From assembly GCA_902624655.1 (NCBI GenBank), contig CACNYJ010000002.1, positions 69,771 through 133,770 of the forward strand: a stretch of DNA of 64,000 nt, in the 5' to 3' direction. Below are positions 10,267 through 20,511 of the stretch, in pieces (positions within the stretch are counted from its first letter, which is position 1; each line of letters starts with the position of its first letter). The notes beneath the pieces are model-generated. The model did not search any database. It worked only from the letters and a program-made list of their open reading frames with translations, and was not told the origin of the DNA. Source of the DNA: an uncultured Thiothrix sp. (lineage in GTDB: Bacteria; Pseudomonadota; Gammaproteobacteria; Poriferisulfidales; GCA-002705445). The position numbers and the translations under genes are program-made.

Positions 10267-10602
10267 TTATTTTTCAGTATTGTTTGTACTTGGCGGGACT
10301 GGAAAGCTTCCAGAAGGAAATTGTTTAATATTTCCATCAGTTGTTGTTATTTTTGCAACTCCTTCTTTGTCTACTTCATCTATACGTATAATATTGTGAC
10401 TTGGAATATAAAATCTTTTAACATTCGCAAACTCTGTTTTTAGCTTCTCTTCACTAGGATCAACGACTAAGCTAGTATTTTTTCCAAAGACTAAGTCTTC
10501 AATAACAATAAATCCATACATGTCTGACTGATATACCTCTTTTGAGTATATCTCGTAAACGGAGTTTTGGTTGTAATAGGTTATTCTAAAAGTTTTACTC
10601 AT
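10267..10602 (-). CDS. Conserved hypothetical protein (111 aa), function unknown
   Basis: Complete ORF with a plausible spacing to icd. No recognisable catalytic motif. Confidence 0.4.
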   Translation of the reverse strand: MSKTFRITYYNQNSVYEIYSKEVYQSDMYGFIVIEDLVFGKNTSLVVDPSEEKLKTEFANVKRFYIPSHNIIRIDEVDKEGVAKITTTDGNIKQFPSGSFPVPPSTNNTEK

Positions 10603-10609
10603 TTTTCAA

Positions 10610-11935
10610 TCACATACAATCAATGATAGCATCGCCAAATCCGCTACATGTAACTAGTGTAGCTCCTGGCATTAATTCTTCAAGTTCTTTTACAATCTCT
10701 TGACTGCTTTCGTGTTTTTTTACAAGTGTCTGCATTCCGACTCTAACTCTCGCTAAATCATATGTTACAGTTTTGTTAGCTATTGCTTGGGCTACGCCAT
10801 TAATAATATTATCAGCAGCTTCTGTCCAACCAATGTATCTCAACATCATTTCAGCAGATAAAATTATTGATCCTGGGTTTACTCTATTTTTTCCAGCATA
10901 CTTTGGAGCAGATCCATGAGTTGCTTCGAAAACCGCAACATGATCTGAAATATTTGCACCAGGAGCTATCCCAATACCGCCAACCTGAGCAGCTAGTGCA
11001 TCTGAAATATAGTCACCGTTAAGATTTAAAGTGGCAATTACATCGTAATCCTCAGGTTTTAAAAGTATTTGCTGTAGAAAATTATCTGCGATCACATCTT
11101 TTATTATGATTTCACTATTACCATTTGGATTATTAATTTTACACCACGGTCCGTCATCAATAAGCTCTCCATTAAATTCCTCTAGCGCAAGTTCGTAACC
11201 CCAATTCCTAAATGCTCCCTCAGTAAACTTCATTATATTTCCTTTGTGAACTAATGAGACAGATCTACGATTATTATCAATTGCATACTGAATAGCTTTT
11301 CTAATTAGTCTTTTGGATCCTTCTTGAGATACTGGTTTGATTCCGATGCCCGAAGAATCTGGAAATCTAATTCCGTCGACACTCATTTCTTTTATTAAAA
11401 AATCTAAAACCTTTTGAACCCCTTCTGATTGAGCCTCCCACTCTATCCCTGCATAAATGTCTTCAGTATTTTCTCTGAAAATAACCATGTCTGTAGAGCT
11501 TGAACTTCTTAATGGTGTTCTTGTTCCTGGGAAATATCTAATTGGTCTTACGCAGGCAAAAAGGTCCATCTCTTGCCTTATGGCTACATTTAAAGATCTT
11601 AAACCTTCTCCAACTGGAGTAGTTAAAGGACCTTTAATTGCAACAACAAATTCTTTAATTGCGTCAAAAGTCTCTTGAGGTAAATAGTTATGCTTACCAT
11701 ATTTTTCAACTGCCTTATCTCCAGCAAAAACTTCCATCCAGTGAATTTGTTTCTCATTACCGTAAGCTTTATTTACTGCATTGTTTACGACATTTTGCAT
11801 TACTGGAGTTATGTCAAGTCCAATTCCATCACCTTGGATAAAAGGAATAATTGGATTATTTGGAACTAAAAGTTTTCCAGCGTCATTGAACTGGATTTGA
11901 GATCCATCTTTTGGTATTTGAACGTGTTCAAACAT
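10610..11935 (-). CDS. icd: NADP-dependent isocitrate dehydrogenase (dimeric E. coli type)
   Basis: 441 aa, nearly colinear with E. coli Icd ([46 protein letters not shown]). Confidence 0.95.
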   Translation of the reverse strand: MFEHVQIPKDGSQIQFNDAGKLLVPNNPIIPFIQGDGIGLDITPVMQNVVNNAVNKAYGNEKQIHWMEVFAGDKAVEKYGKHNYLPQETFDAIKEFVVAIKGPLTTPVGEGLRSLNVAIRQEMDLFACVRPIRYFPGTRTPLRSSSSTDMVIFRENTEDIYAGIEWEAQSEGVQKVLDFLIKEMSVDGIRFPDSSGIGIKPVSQEGSKRLIRKAIQYAIDNNRRSVSLVHKGNIMKFTEGAFRNWGYELALEEFNGELIDDGPWCKINNPNGNSEIIIKDVIADNFLQQILLKPEDYDVIATLNLNGDYISDALAAQVGGIGIAPGANISDHVAVFEATHGSAPKYAGKNRVNPGSIILSAEMMLRYIGWTEAADNIINGVAQAIANKTVTYDLARVRVGMQTLVKKHESSQEIVKELEELMPGATLVTCSGFGDAIIDCM

Positions 11936-11957
11936 AAATAAGTCCTTTGGTTTTTCT

Positions 11958-13262
11958 TTAAAACTGCTCTTCTTCGGTTGAGCCTGTAAGTGCAGTTACA
12001 GAGGATTCACCCCCTTGAATTACTGTGGTTACATCGTCAAAATAACCAGCTCCAACTTCTTGCTGATGACTTACAAAAGAATAACCTTTATCGGAAGCGG
12101 CAAATTCTGGCTCCTGAACTTTTTCAACATAATGCTTCATGCCATCTCCAGCTGCGTAAGAATGTGCTAAGTCAAACATGTTGTACCACATATTATGAAT
12201 ACCAGCTAAAGTAATAAATTGATATTTGTAACCCATAGCACTCAATTCTTTTTGAAATTTCGCAATAGTGGCGTCGTCAAGATTTTTTTTCCAATTAAAA
12301 GATGGAGAACAGTTATATGCAAGAAGTTGGTCTGGATGTTGTGATCTGACTCCTTCTGCAAACTTTTTAGCAAACTCTAAGTCAGGAGTACCTGTTTCAC
12401 ACCAGATTAAATCCGCGTAAGGTGCGTATGCTAAGCCTCTTGATATAGCTTGATCAATACCATTATTTGTTCTATAAAAGCCTTCGGCTGTTCTTTCGCC
12501 TGTTAAAAAAGGCTTGTCATTTTCATCATAATCAGACGTAATTAAATTTGCTGCCTCTGCATCGGTTCTAGCTAGAAGTAAAGTTGGAACCCCCATAACA
12601 TCAGAGGCTAACCTTGCGGCAATAAGTTTCTGAATAGCTTCTTGAGTTGGAACAAGAACTTTTCCTCCCATATGTCCACATTTTTTAACTGCTGCTAATT
12701 GATCTTCGTAATGTACTCCAGCAGCACCATTAATTATCATATTTTTCATAAGTTCAAATGCATTCAAGACTCCGCCGAAACCAGCTTCAGCATCTGCTAC
12801 GATTGGTGCAAAATAGTCAATGTAATCTTTATCGCCTGGATTTATGTTTTTTGACCATTGAATTTCATCTGCTCTCTTGAAGTTATTATTTATCCTTCTT
12901 ACAACTGTAGGCACTGAATCATAAGCATAAAGAGATTGGTCTGGATACATTGTTTCTGAAGTATTTGCATCTGCTGCAACTTGCCATCCTGATAAATAAA
13001 TAGCTTCAATACCTGCTTTGACTTGCTGCATTGCTTGACCGCCGGTTAAGGCACCTAAGCAATTTACGTATCCTTTTTTTGCGCTGCCGTTTACAAGAGA
13101 CCAGAGTTTTTCAGCTCCCCTTTTTGCAATACTACATTCTGGTACAAATGAGCCTCTAAGCCTTACAACATCATCTGCTGAATAACCCCTTTTTACATTT
13201 GCCCATCTTTGATTTGAATTCCATTCGTTTTCTAATTGTTTTACTTGCTCTTTTCTATCCAT
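11958..13262 (-). CDS. aceA: Isocitrate lyase
   Basis: 434 aa with the ICL signature KKCGHMGGK and an N-terminus like E. coli AceA ([12 protein letters not shown]). Confidence 0.95.
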   Translation of the reverse strand: MDRKEQVKQLENEWNSNQRWANVKRGYSADDVVRLRGSFVPECSIAKRGAEKLWSLVNGSAKKGYVNCLGALTGGQAMQQVKAGIEAIYLSGWQVAADANTSETMYPDQSLYAYDSVPTVVRRINNNFKRADEIQWSKNINPGDKDYIDYFAPIVADAEAGFGGVLNAFELMKNMIINGAAGVHYEDQLAAVKKCGHMGGKVLVPTQEAIQKLIAARLASDVMGVPTLLLARTDAEAANLITSDYDENDKPFLTGERTAEGFYRTNNGIDQAISRGLAYAPYADLIWCETGTPDLEFAKKFAEGVRSQHPDQLLAYNCSPSFNWKKNLDDATIAKFQKELSAMGYKYQFITLAGIHNMWYNMFDLAHSYAAGDGMKHYVEKVQEPEFAASDKGYSFVSHQQEVGAGYFDDVTTVIQGGESSVTALTGSTEEEQF

Positions 13263-13479
13263 CTTGATCTCCTGATGTATGTAGAAATAATTTAAATTAT
13301 TCTTTAATTTATTTTAGATTCGGAAAATTTCGATTCTTTACGCGTGCGTAATATTAACAATTTATTCGCCTTTAGTCCCTAAAAATTTTAATATCTTTGA
13401 TAAAAATTAAATATACTGCTAATATCCTGTTTTTAAACAAAGTTTAGCATCATAAGAATCACATAAATCACTAATTATT

Positions 13480-13977
13480 ATGGCAAATATACCAAAATTT
13501 AAAACTGCAGACCTATGTGATGACTACAGTGACGATTTAATCATTTTAAATCAACAATTTAATAGTTATGGTAAAAAAGATTCTTTTTTTGGACAAATTA
13601 GTACTGTCAAATGTCTCAATGATAATTCAAAAGTTAGGGAAGCGGTAAACTCAGAAGGAAACAGAAACGTTCTTGTTGTTGACGGAAGTGCTTCTACCGC
13701 TTGTGCTCTTCTTGGTGACATGCTGGCAGAAGCAGCAGTGAATAATAACTGGTCTGGCATAATTGTTAACGGATGTATTAGAGATTGTGACGTTATAGCA
13801 AATATAGATCTAGGCGTTTTTGCTTTGTCTACTATTCCTTTAAAAAGTGTTAAAAAAAATATAGGTGATAGAGATGTTACGGTTAATTTTATGGGAGTCG
13901 ATTTTAATCCTGGAGATTACATATATGCTGATCTTGATGGGATTATTATTAGCAAAAAAGAATTAGATATTAGCTGA
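13480..13977 (+). CDS. rraA: RraA-family protein (regulator of RNase E activity A / MenG-like)
   Basis: 165 aa matching RraA along its length (DLCDDY, VLVVDGS, NGCIRD, VNFMGV). Confidence 0.85.
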   Translation: MANIPKFKTADLCDDYSDDLIILNQQFNSYGKKDSFFGQISTVKCLNDNSKVREAVNSEGNRNVLVVDGSASTACALLGDMLAEAAVNNNWSGIIVNGCIRDCDVIANIDLGVFALSTIPLKSVKKNIGDRDVTVNFMGVDFNPGDYIYADLDGIIISKKELDIS

Positions 13978-14770
13978 ACGAAGGTTTCCTTCTGTGGTAG
14001 TACTTAATATCTCTGAAGCTTGTTTTACCCTCAGCTCCAACACCAAGATACATTTCTTTTACATCAGGCCTCTCGAGTAGTTCTTTCGCTTTACCTTTTA
14101 AAATAACTCTACCGTTTTCAATAATGTATCCATCGTCAGCATACTTCAATGCAACCATTGCGTTTTGTTCAGCAATTAAAAAGCTAACTCCTTCTTTATT
14201 CAAATTTTTAACTATTGCAAAAATCTCTTCAACTAACTGAGGAGCAAGTCCCATGGATGGTTCGTCAAGAAGAATTAGTTTTGGTCGTGACATTAATGCC
14301 CTTCCCATCGCAATCATTTGTTGTTCTCCTCCAGATGTAAACCCTGCTAAGCTTTTTTTTCTAATTCGAATTCTTTCGAAGTGATCGTAAACTCTTTCTA
14401 AATCTTGTTTTGCTTCTTTTGGATTCTCTCTGATGAAAGACCCAGTCATAATATTCTCTTCAACGGTTAAATGTGAAAAGCAATGTCTTCCTTCGAGAAC
14501 CTGTACTACACCATCCTTAACTAGATTATATGCATCAGTTTTTGATATATCATTTTCGTTATACTCAATGGAGCCTTTTGTTACAGCTCCTCTTTCTGCA
14601 TGAAGGAGGTTAGAACAAGCTTTTAGTGTTGTAGTTTTTCCAGAACCGTTGGCGCCTAATAAAGAAACAACTTTACCTTCTTCCACGTCAAGTGTCACAC
14701 CTCTTAATGCTAAAATCACATGGTTGTATACCACTTCAATATTATTTACTTTTAGTAATGATTTAGACAT
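13970..14770 (-). CDS. ABC transporter ATP-binding protein, LivF-like (HAAT family), with a ~30 aa C-terminal extension
   Basis: Walker A LLGANGSGKTTT, the ABC signature SGGEQQ and Walker B LLDEP. Confidence 0.85.
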   Translation of the reverse strand: MSKSLLKVNNIEVVYNHVILALRGVTLDVEEGKVVSLLGANGSGKTTTLKACSNLLHAERGAVTKGSIEYNENDISKTDAYNLVKDGVVQVLEGRHCFSHLTVEENIMTGSFIRENPKEAKQDLERVYDHFERIRIRKKSLAGFTSGGEQQMIAMGRALMSRPKLILLDEPSMGLAPQLVEEIFAIVKNLNKEGVSFLIAEQNAMVALKYADDGYIIENGRVILKGKAKELLERPDVKEMYLGVGAEGKTSFRDIKYYHRRKPSFS

Positions 14771-14799
14771 TTATTTTCACCCCTTTTAATAATATTTTT

Positions 14800-15894
14800 T
14801 TAATGTGGATATGGCCACATTCTTAATTTTTGTTTTGTAGTTGCCCAAAGAGCAGCAAAACCGCCTGGCTCCCTAATTAACAACGCAATAATAAAAATAC
14901 CATAAACCATATTTGATACATTTTCTACAACAGCTGTATTAAATGCACCTTGAAATATAGTGTCACCAATCCAAGTAAACACTATTGGAAACTCATAAAC
15001 AAATATTGCTCCTAGCCAAGATCCAGATATTGAGCCTAATCCGCCAATTATTAGCATGAAAAGAATTGTAAATGAACGATCGATTTCATAAATCATTAAG
15101 TCAACGTTACCTATATAACAGAAAGAATATAATCCTCCCGCAACACCGCAATAAAAACAGCTAACAAAAAAAGCTAGTAATTTTGTTCTAGGAACACTTA
15201 TACCCATAACGCTTGCAGCAATATCCCTATCCCTTACTGACATAAAGTTTCTTCCTGTATTACTTCTTAGTAGATTTTTAGCAAAATAGGTTAAAGCCAA
15301 ACATACAGTCAATGCTAAAACATATCTTGCAGGATACCCTTGCATATCTATACCTAAGAGGTTTCCTAAGCCCCAGTAGTCATACATTTTTGGTGGAATA
15401 GCTACAACACCAGATGACTCATAATTCAAAAACCAAGCATATGAATTAAAAAACCACCAAACAAAATATTGTGCAGCTAACGTTGAGACTAAAAGATAAA
15501 ACCCTTTAATTCTTATCGCGGGTAAGCCAAAAATCACACCGACTAGTCCGGCAAAAATTCCAGAAAATAATAGCGCTACTGGTAAAGACATAAAATTTTC
15601 AGGTATTCTTAACATTAAATTATAGGTGCTAAATGCACCAACACACATAAATCCAGCAGTTCCTAGAGAGAGCTGTCCAGTTAAACCAGTTAGAATATTT
15701 AAACCAACTGTTGCGAGACCAACTGCAAGAATTGGTACAACATGCGCGCTTAAAGTATATTCAGAAGTTGTGGGAACATATAAATATAAGACTAGAAGCC
15801 CAAGGATAACGATAATTTTGTCAAATTTAAGTGGAAAGATTTCTCTATCTTTAAAATAGTTCGTTACAAAATTTCCAGTTTCTCTGTAAATCAT
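14800..15894 (-). CDS. ABC transporter permease, LivM-like
   Basis: 364 aa polytopic membrane protein of the branched-chain amino acid permease family. Adjacent to the LivH-like permease. Confidence 0.8.
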   Translation of the reverse strand: MIYRETGNFVTNYFKDREIFPLKFDKIIVILGLLVLYLYVPTTSEYTLSAHVVPILAVGLATVGLNILTGLTGQLSLGTAGFMCVGAFSTYNLMLRIPENFMSLPVALLFSGIFAGLVGVIFGLPAIRIKGFYLLVSTLAAQYFVWWFFNSYAWFLNYESSGVVAIPPKMYDYWGLGNLLGIDMQGYPARYVLALTVCLALTYFAKNLLRSNTGRNFMSVRDRDIAASVMGISVPRTKLLAFFVSCFYCGVAGGLYSFCYIGNVDLMIYEIDRSFTILFMLIIGGLGSISGSWLGAIFVYEFPIVFTWIGDTIFQGAFNTAVVENVSNMVYGIFIIALLIREPGGFAALWATTKQKLRMWPYPH

Positions 15895-15900
15895 TTTTAA

Positions 15901-16830
15901 TTACACCCTTTCAATTAATTTTTCTCCAAACATTCCCTGTGGTCTAAATATTAAAAATATTAAAGCCATAAAGTAAGCAAACCAAAGCTCTATACCTTGT
16001 CCGCCAAAAACGTCTGCCAAATAAATTTCACCTAGCTTTTCACCAACACCAATAACAAGTCCGCCAACAATCGCTCCAGGTATAGAAGTTAATCCACCAA
16101 TTAATATCACAGGTAAAGCCTTCATAACTGCCTCTATAAGAGTAAAGGATACACTGACTCTCTCAGCCCAAAGTAATCCTGCAACAAGAGCAATTACTCC
16201 TGTAACGGCCCAGACAACTGCCCAAACTGTTTGCAAAGGAATTCCAACTGCCATGGCAGCCATATGATCATCAGATACTGCTCTTAAAGATAAGCCAGTT
16301 TTTGTTTTTTGAAAGAAAAAGGCAAGAACAACAATTAGAGATCCAGCAACTAATGATGCAAAAATATCAAATTTTGGAATTAAAATATCCAGCCATGGTA
16401 TATGATCAGACATAAATATAGGCGCAGGGTCTAATAAACCAATATCTAAAAACTTACTCATTTGTAAACCATGAACATCTGAATCCCATACAAACTGAGA
16501 AAAGCCTTCTTGAAAAGTTGCTAAACCTACTGTAGCCATAAATAAAGCCAATAAATCTTGGTTAGCTAAAGGTCTTATAACATATCTTTCTGTAGCAATA
16601 CCAAAAATAACCATGATTCCAGCTGCTATAAATAAAGAAGTCCAAAAGTCGATACCGTTTTCAGTCATTTTAACAAAGGTTAAAGAAGCAAATAACAGCA
16701 TGGTACCTTGCGCAAAGTTGAATATACCTGAAGATTTATAGATTAAAACGAAGCCGATAGCGACCAAGGAATACATCACTCCTGACATTAAACCACCAAC
16801 TAGAACTTCTATTAAATATACCCAATCCAT
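15901..16830 (-). CDS. ABC transporter permease, LivH-like
   Basis: 309 aa polytopic membrane protein of the branched-chain amino acid permease family. Confidence 0.8.
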   Translation of the reverse strand: MDWVYLIEVLVGGLMSGVMYSLVAIGFVLIYKSSGIFNFAQGTMLLFASLTFVKMTENGIDFWTSLFIAAGIMVIFGIATERYVIRPLANQDLLALFMATVGLATFQEGFSQFVWDSDVHGLQMSKFLDIGLLDPAPIFMSDHIPWLDILIPKFDIFASLVAGSLIVVLAFFFQKTKTGLSLRAVSDDHMAAMAVGIPLQTVWAVVWAVTGVIALVAGLLWAERVSVSFTLIEAVMKALPVILIGGLTSIPGAIVGGLVIGVGEKLGEIYLADVFGGQGIELWFAYFMALIFLIFRPQGMFGEKLIERV

Positions 16831-16842
16831 AATTCCCCCAGT

Positions 16843-17610
16843 TTAATGACTAACTCCAAGATACGCATCTATAACATCCTGATTCGACATTACTTCGCTT
16901 GGTGTACCATCACCTATTTTTTTTCCATAATCTAATACTACCACATGATCTGAAATATCCATTACAACTCCCATATCATGTTCTATCATGACTGTTGTAA
17001 TACCCTGCTCTTTATTAATTTCTAAAATAAAACAGGACATATCAGCTTTTTCCTCTAAATTCATTCCAGCCATCGGCTCGTCTAATAAAAGAATTTTTGG
17101 TTCTGCAACAAGCGCTCTTCCTAACTCAACTCTTTTTTGCAATCCATATGGAAGTTTAGATACCGGAGTTTTTCTGATAGATTCGATTTGAAGAAACTTT
17201 ATAACTTTTTCGACAGCGAGCCTATTAACTTTTTCTTCTGTACGCGCTCTACCGATATTTAATCCTTGTTCAAGCCAGCTTGATTTCATAAATAAATTTC
17301 GCCCTGTCATTATATTTTCTAAAACTGTCATACCTTGGAATAAAGCAATATTTTGGAATGTTCTTGCCATACCAGCTATCGCTGCGTCTCTTGGGTTGAT
17401 TGATCTTCTCTCAACTCCATCGTAAGTAACTGTTCCAATTTGCGGAAGGTAAACTCCATTTATTACGTTAAGCATAGAACTTTTTCCAGCTCCATTTGGA
17501 CCGATTACTGCGCAAATTTCGCCTTCTTTAACATTAAAACTTATATCAGTTATGGCTTTTACACCACCAAATGTTAATGTTACGTTTTCTACTTTTAATA
17601 TGTCTGACAT
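16843..17610 (-). CDS. ABC transporter ATP-binding protein, LivG-like
   Basis: Walker A VIGPNGAGKSS, Walker B LLLDEPMAGMN and the overall LivG layout. Confidence 0.85.
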   Translation of the reverse strand: MSDILKVENVTLTFGGVKAITDISFNVKEGEICAVIGPNGAGKSSMLNVINGVYLPQIGTVTYDGVERRSINPRDAAIAGMARTFQNIALFQGMTVLENIMTGRNLFMKSSWLEQGLNIGRARTEEKVNRLAVEKVIKFLQIESIRKTPVSKLPYGLQKRVELGRALVAEPKILLLDEPMAGMNLEEKADMSCFILEINKEQGITTVMIEHDMGVVMDISDHVVVLDYGKKIGDGTPSEVMSNQDVIDAYLGVSH

Positions 17611-17624
17611 TTTTGTCCTTATAA

Positions 17625-19436
17625 TTAAATATCGTTTACTTTTAATTCGTAAGATAGCTGATCTATATCATTAACTTTTATACTGCTCTCATTATTTTCA
17701 ATTGCAGAAAAAACATCGCTTAAGTTCTTTGAAATATTTTTTCTCATTACTTCCATGGTTTTCGAAACTTCGCCAGCATTCATAATAAGTGTTCTGTGTA
17801 ATATAACAAACTTTTTAACTTTTAATTCCGCATCTAAGGTTTCATTAACACACTTTATATGATCCATTATTAAGTTACGCACTTCGTCTTTACCTGCAAG
17901 CTCAGCGTATCCGGTGTATCTTATATTCTTCCTATCAGCCCAAGAGTTTACAGAATTTGGGTCAATAACAATAATTGCGGAGTTTGAGTCTTGATTATTC
18001 CCAATGACGACTGTTGACTTTATAAATGGGCTGCACGAAATTAAATTTTCAACGCTCTCTGGTGAATATTTCTTACCTGATTTCATTGTAACTATATCTT
18101 CTGATCTTCCATTTATAATTAAGTTACCTGACTCATCAATGCTTCCAACATATCCAGAGTTTATCCAACCATCCTCAGAGTTTGTTCCTCCGTCAATCTC
18201 TTCGCCAAGACAATCTGTTTTAAAATAAACTTCTGAATTATCGCTAATCTTTACTTCTGCTCCAGACATTGGTGCTCCAACATTTTCAGAAGAAACAGAG
18301 TGATCAGGTTGAACCGAAATACATCCACACGAAATAGCTTGGCCAAAGGAATGTTGTATCTCAACTCCTATTGCATGGAAAAAATTAAAATTAACTTTTG
18401 ACAAAACTCCATCGCTAACGAAAGCATGTTTAATTTTTGTAAGTCCAAAAACATTTTTTGCAGGTGCAAAAGTCGTAAGCATAATCCAAGCCTTCCAAAT
18501 AGTATCAAAAAGATTTTTATTTCCTGAAACCTCTTTATCATATATTTGCATTAGCTTTGTATAGTGCCACATGTATCTCTGGTAATTTGATTCGGATGCG
18601 GACTCTATTCGATAGCTAATTGAAGAAATAATATGTTTAAAAACAAAAGATGGTGCATATAAAATAGTAGGGCCAATTTCTTGCAAATCTTTTTCAATAG
18701 TTTGATTGCTTTCAGGTAAATTGAAAGACATGCCGCTCACTAAAGAAGTGATATATGTAAATAATAAATTTGTAGAAATAGATAATGGAAGATAAGAAAC
18801 AATTGAATCTTTATTTGATAATTTATTTAAATCGCAAATTTTAGAGCTATTTCGTATTATTGAGTCATGTGAAACTTTATAAATTTTATTCTCGTGTTCG
18901 TCATATAAATAAAATGCTATATCGTTATCAGCAACAGATTGCATTTGGGCATCAATGTTATTATTTTCAGATTTTGATACCATATCATCATAAGAATTTA
19001 ATTTAGAGTTTTCATAGTTGCTCATTCCTCTTCCATCAAGATAGACGACCGTATTTATATTGCATTCTGACTCAACCTTTAAAAAAGTATCAACTTGTTG
19101 CTGATCTTCAGCAATCAAAACTTCTGCTTTGGAGCTATTTAAAATAGTTGTTAATTCGCTTTCGTTGGATTCAGGATGTATCAGAGCAACAATACCACCA
19201 AGAGTTTGAACTGCAGCAATTGAAAATATTAATTTTGGTACATTATTTCCATAAATGGCGACGACAGTTCCTTTAGAAACGGATAAATTTTTATAAGCAT
19301 CAACAAGAGAGGCGACTTCATTATAATAATCTTCCCAACTGTAGGAGCTCCATATTCCTAGCTGCTTATATCTTAATGCAACAGCATCTGGAAAATTCTG
19401 TTTATTTGATAGTACTAACCCAGGGATAGTTGCCAT
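17625..19436 (-). CDS. AMP-dependent synthetase/ligase-fold protein (acyl-CoA synthetase-like) with a degenerate P-loop; first gene of the Liv-type ABC cluster
   Basis: 603 aa colinear with the ANL superfamily (A8-like GWINSGYVGSIDESGNLIINGRSEDIV; C-terminal KSGKK). The canonical TSGTTGxPKG is replaced by DEHENKIYKV. Confidence 0.6.
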   Translation of the reverse strand: MATIPGLVLSNKQNFPDAVALRYKQLGIWSSYSWEDYYNEVASLVDAYKNLSVSKGTVVAIYGNNVPKLIFSIAAVQTLGGIVALIHPESNESELTTILNSSKAEVLIAEDQQQVDTFLKVESECNINTVVYLDGRGMSNYENSKLNSYDDMVSKSENNNIDAQMQSVADNDIAFYLYDEHENKIYKVSHDSIIRNSSKICDLNKLSNKDSIVSYLPLSISTNLLFTYITSLVSGMSFNLPESNQTIEKDLQEIGPTILYAPSFVFKHIISSISYRIESASESNYQRYMWHYTKLMQIYDKEVSGNKNLFDTIWKAWIMLTTFAPAKNVFGLTKIKHAFVSDGVLSKVNFNFFHAIGVEIQHSFGQAISCGCISVQPDHSVSSENVGAPMSGAEVKISDNSEVYFKTDCLGEEIDGGTNSEDGWINSGYVGSIDESGNLIINGRSEDIVTMKSGKKYSPESVENLISCSPFIKSTVVIGNNQDSNSAIIVIDPNSVNSWADRKNIRYTGYAELAGKDEVRNLIMDHIKCVNETLDAELKVKKFVILHRTLIMNAGEVSKTMEVMRKNISKNLSDVFSAIENNESSIKVNDIDQLSYELKVNDI

Positions 19437-19779
19437 TTAACTTATTTCTCTCAATTTTTATTATAATATTGATTTGAAATGATTTTTCTCATTTCTTATT
19501 ATTATTATTTGATTACTTTAATTATTATTAAATATATTTAATCAAGAATTGTAAATTACACCAATGTTTGCTTTCTGACAAGATATATATATCTATTAAT
19601 TAATATATATAAAAGCTTTATTAGTATATTATTATGTATTTATGTGTTTGAAAAACACAATATGTAGTGTTAAAATACCTATCCAAGTACTATAGAATTA
19701 GAGAGAATTCGTTATTACTTGTAGAGCTCACAAAATACACAGCGTTCCTAATATATATATCATTCTATATATATTACCA

Positions 19780-20511
19780 ATGGTCTGCACTTTTGGTTTC
19801 ACTGGGAATAATTCTTTTAAAGCGTTTGAGGTTCCTCTATCTTCAAGTTTTTATCAATGCTCTGTTAAAAAAGACCTGTATTTATCTTTATATGAAAACA
19901 AAGCACTTAATAAAGTTGAGAGAAATATTTTTATCAAGAAAATGGGTGTAAGGCTTCCAAAGTATATTGGCTTTTTCAAGAAACACACGAGAAACTCTAT
20001 ATTTTCGTGGCAACTAATTGCAGCACTGTCGTACCAAGAGTCACATTGGAATCACAAAGCAGTTTCAAAAACCAAGGTTAAAGGCCTAATGATGTTAACA
20101 AAAAATACCGCAAACTATATTGGTGTTAAAAATAGACTTGATCCAAATGAAAGTGTATATGGTGGAGTAAAATATTTAGAAAATATTTTCAAGAGACTGC
20201 CAGCTTCGATTGTAAGCTCTGATAGAATCTGGATGACTTTGGCTGCATATAACGTTGGTTTAGGACATTTGGAAGATGCAAGAATAATTACCCAAAGATC
20301 TGGTGGAAACCCAAACTATTGGTCCGATGTTAAAAAATATTTACCGCTTCTGTCAAAAAAGAAATATTATAAAAATACCAAATATGGGTATGCAAGAGGT
20401 TACGAGCCGGTAATTTATGTAGAAAGAATAAAGGCCTACTTAGATATTATATATGAAAATAATAATTCTTACTTAGCTTCTCTTTCTCTTAAAAAAATTT
20501 TTAATAATTAA
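19780..20511 (+). CDS. mltF: MltF-like lytic murein transglycosylase, C-terminal SLT domain only; the N-terminal binding-protein-like domain and signal peptide are absent (possible gene remnant)
   Basis: LIAALSYQESHWNHKAVSKTKVKGLMMLTKNTANYIGV and WMTLAAYNVGLGHL match the MltF catalytic domain. The frame is closed by a stop at 19699..19701. The upstream 343 bp is AT-rich and non-coding. Confidence 0.6.
   Translation: MVCTFGFTGNNSFKAFEVPLSSSFYQCSVKKDLYLSLYENKALNKVERNIFIKKMGVRLPKYIGFFKKHTRNSIFSWQLIAALSYQESHWNHKAVSKTKVKGLMMLTKNTANYIGVKNRLDPNESVYGGVKYLENIFKRLPASIVSSDRIWMTLAAYNVGLGHLEDARIITQRSGGNPNYWSDVKKYLPLLSKKKYYKNTKYGYARGYEPVIYVERIKAYLDIIYENNNSYLASLSLKKIFNN

Noticed and set aside
19437-19779. 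AT-rich 343-bp gap considered as a possible CRISPR leader or small-RNA locus
   Set aside because: No direct repeats of CRISPR size, only short (AT)n tracts, and no structured GC-containing segment. Best explained as a promoter or decayed remnant of the mltF 5' half.
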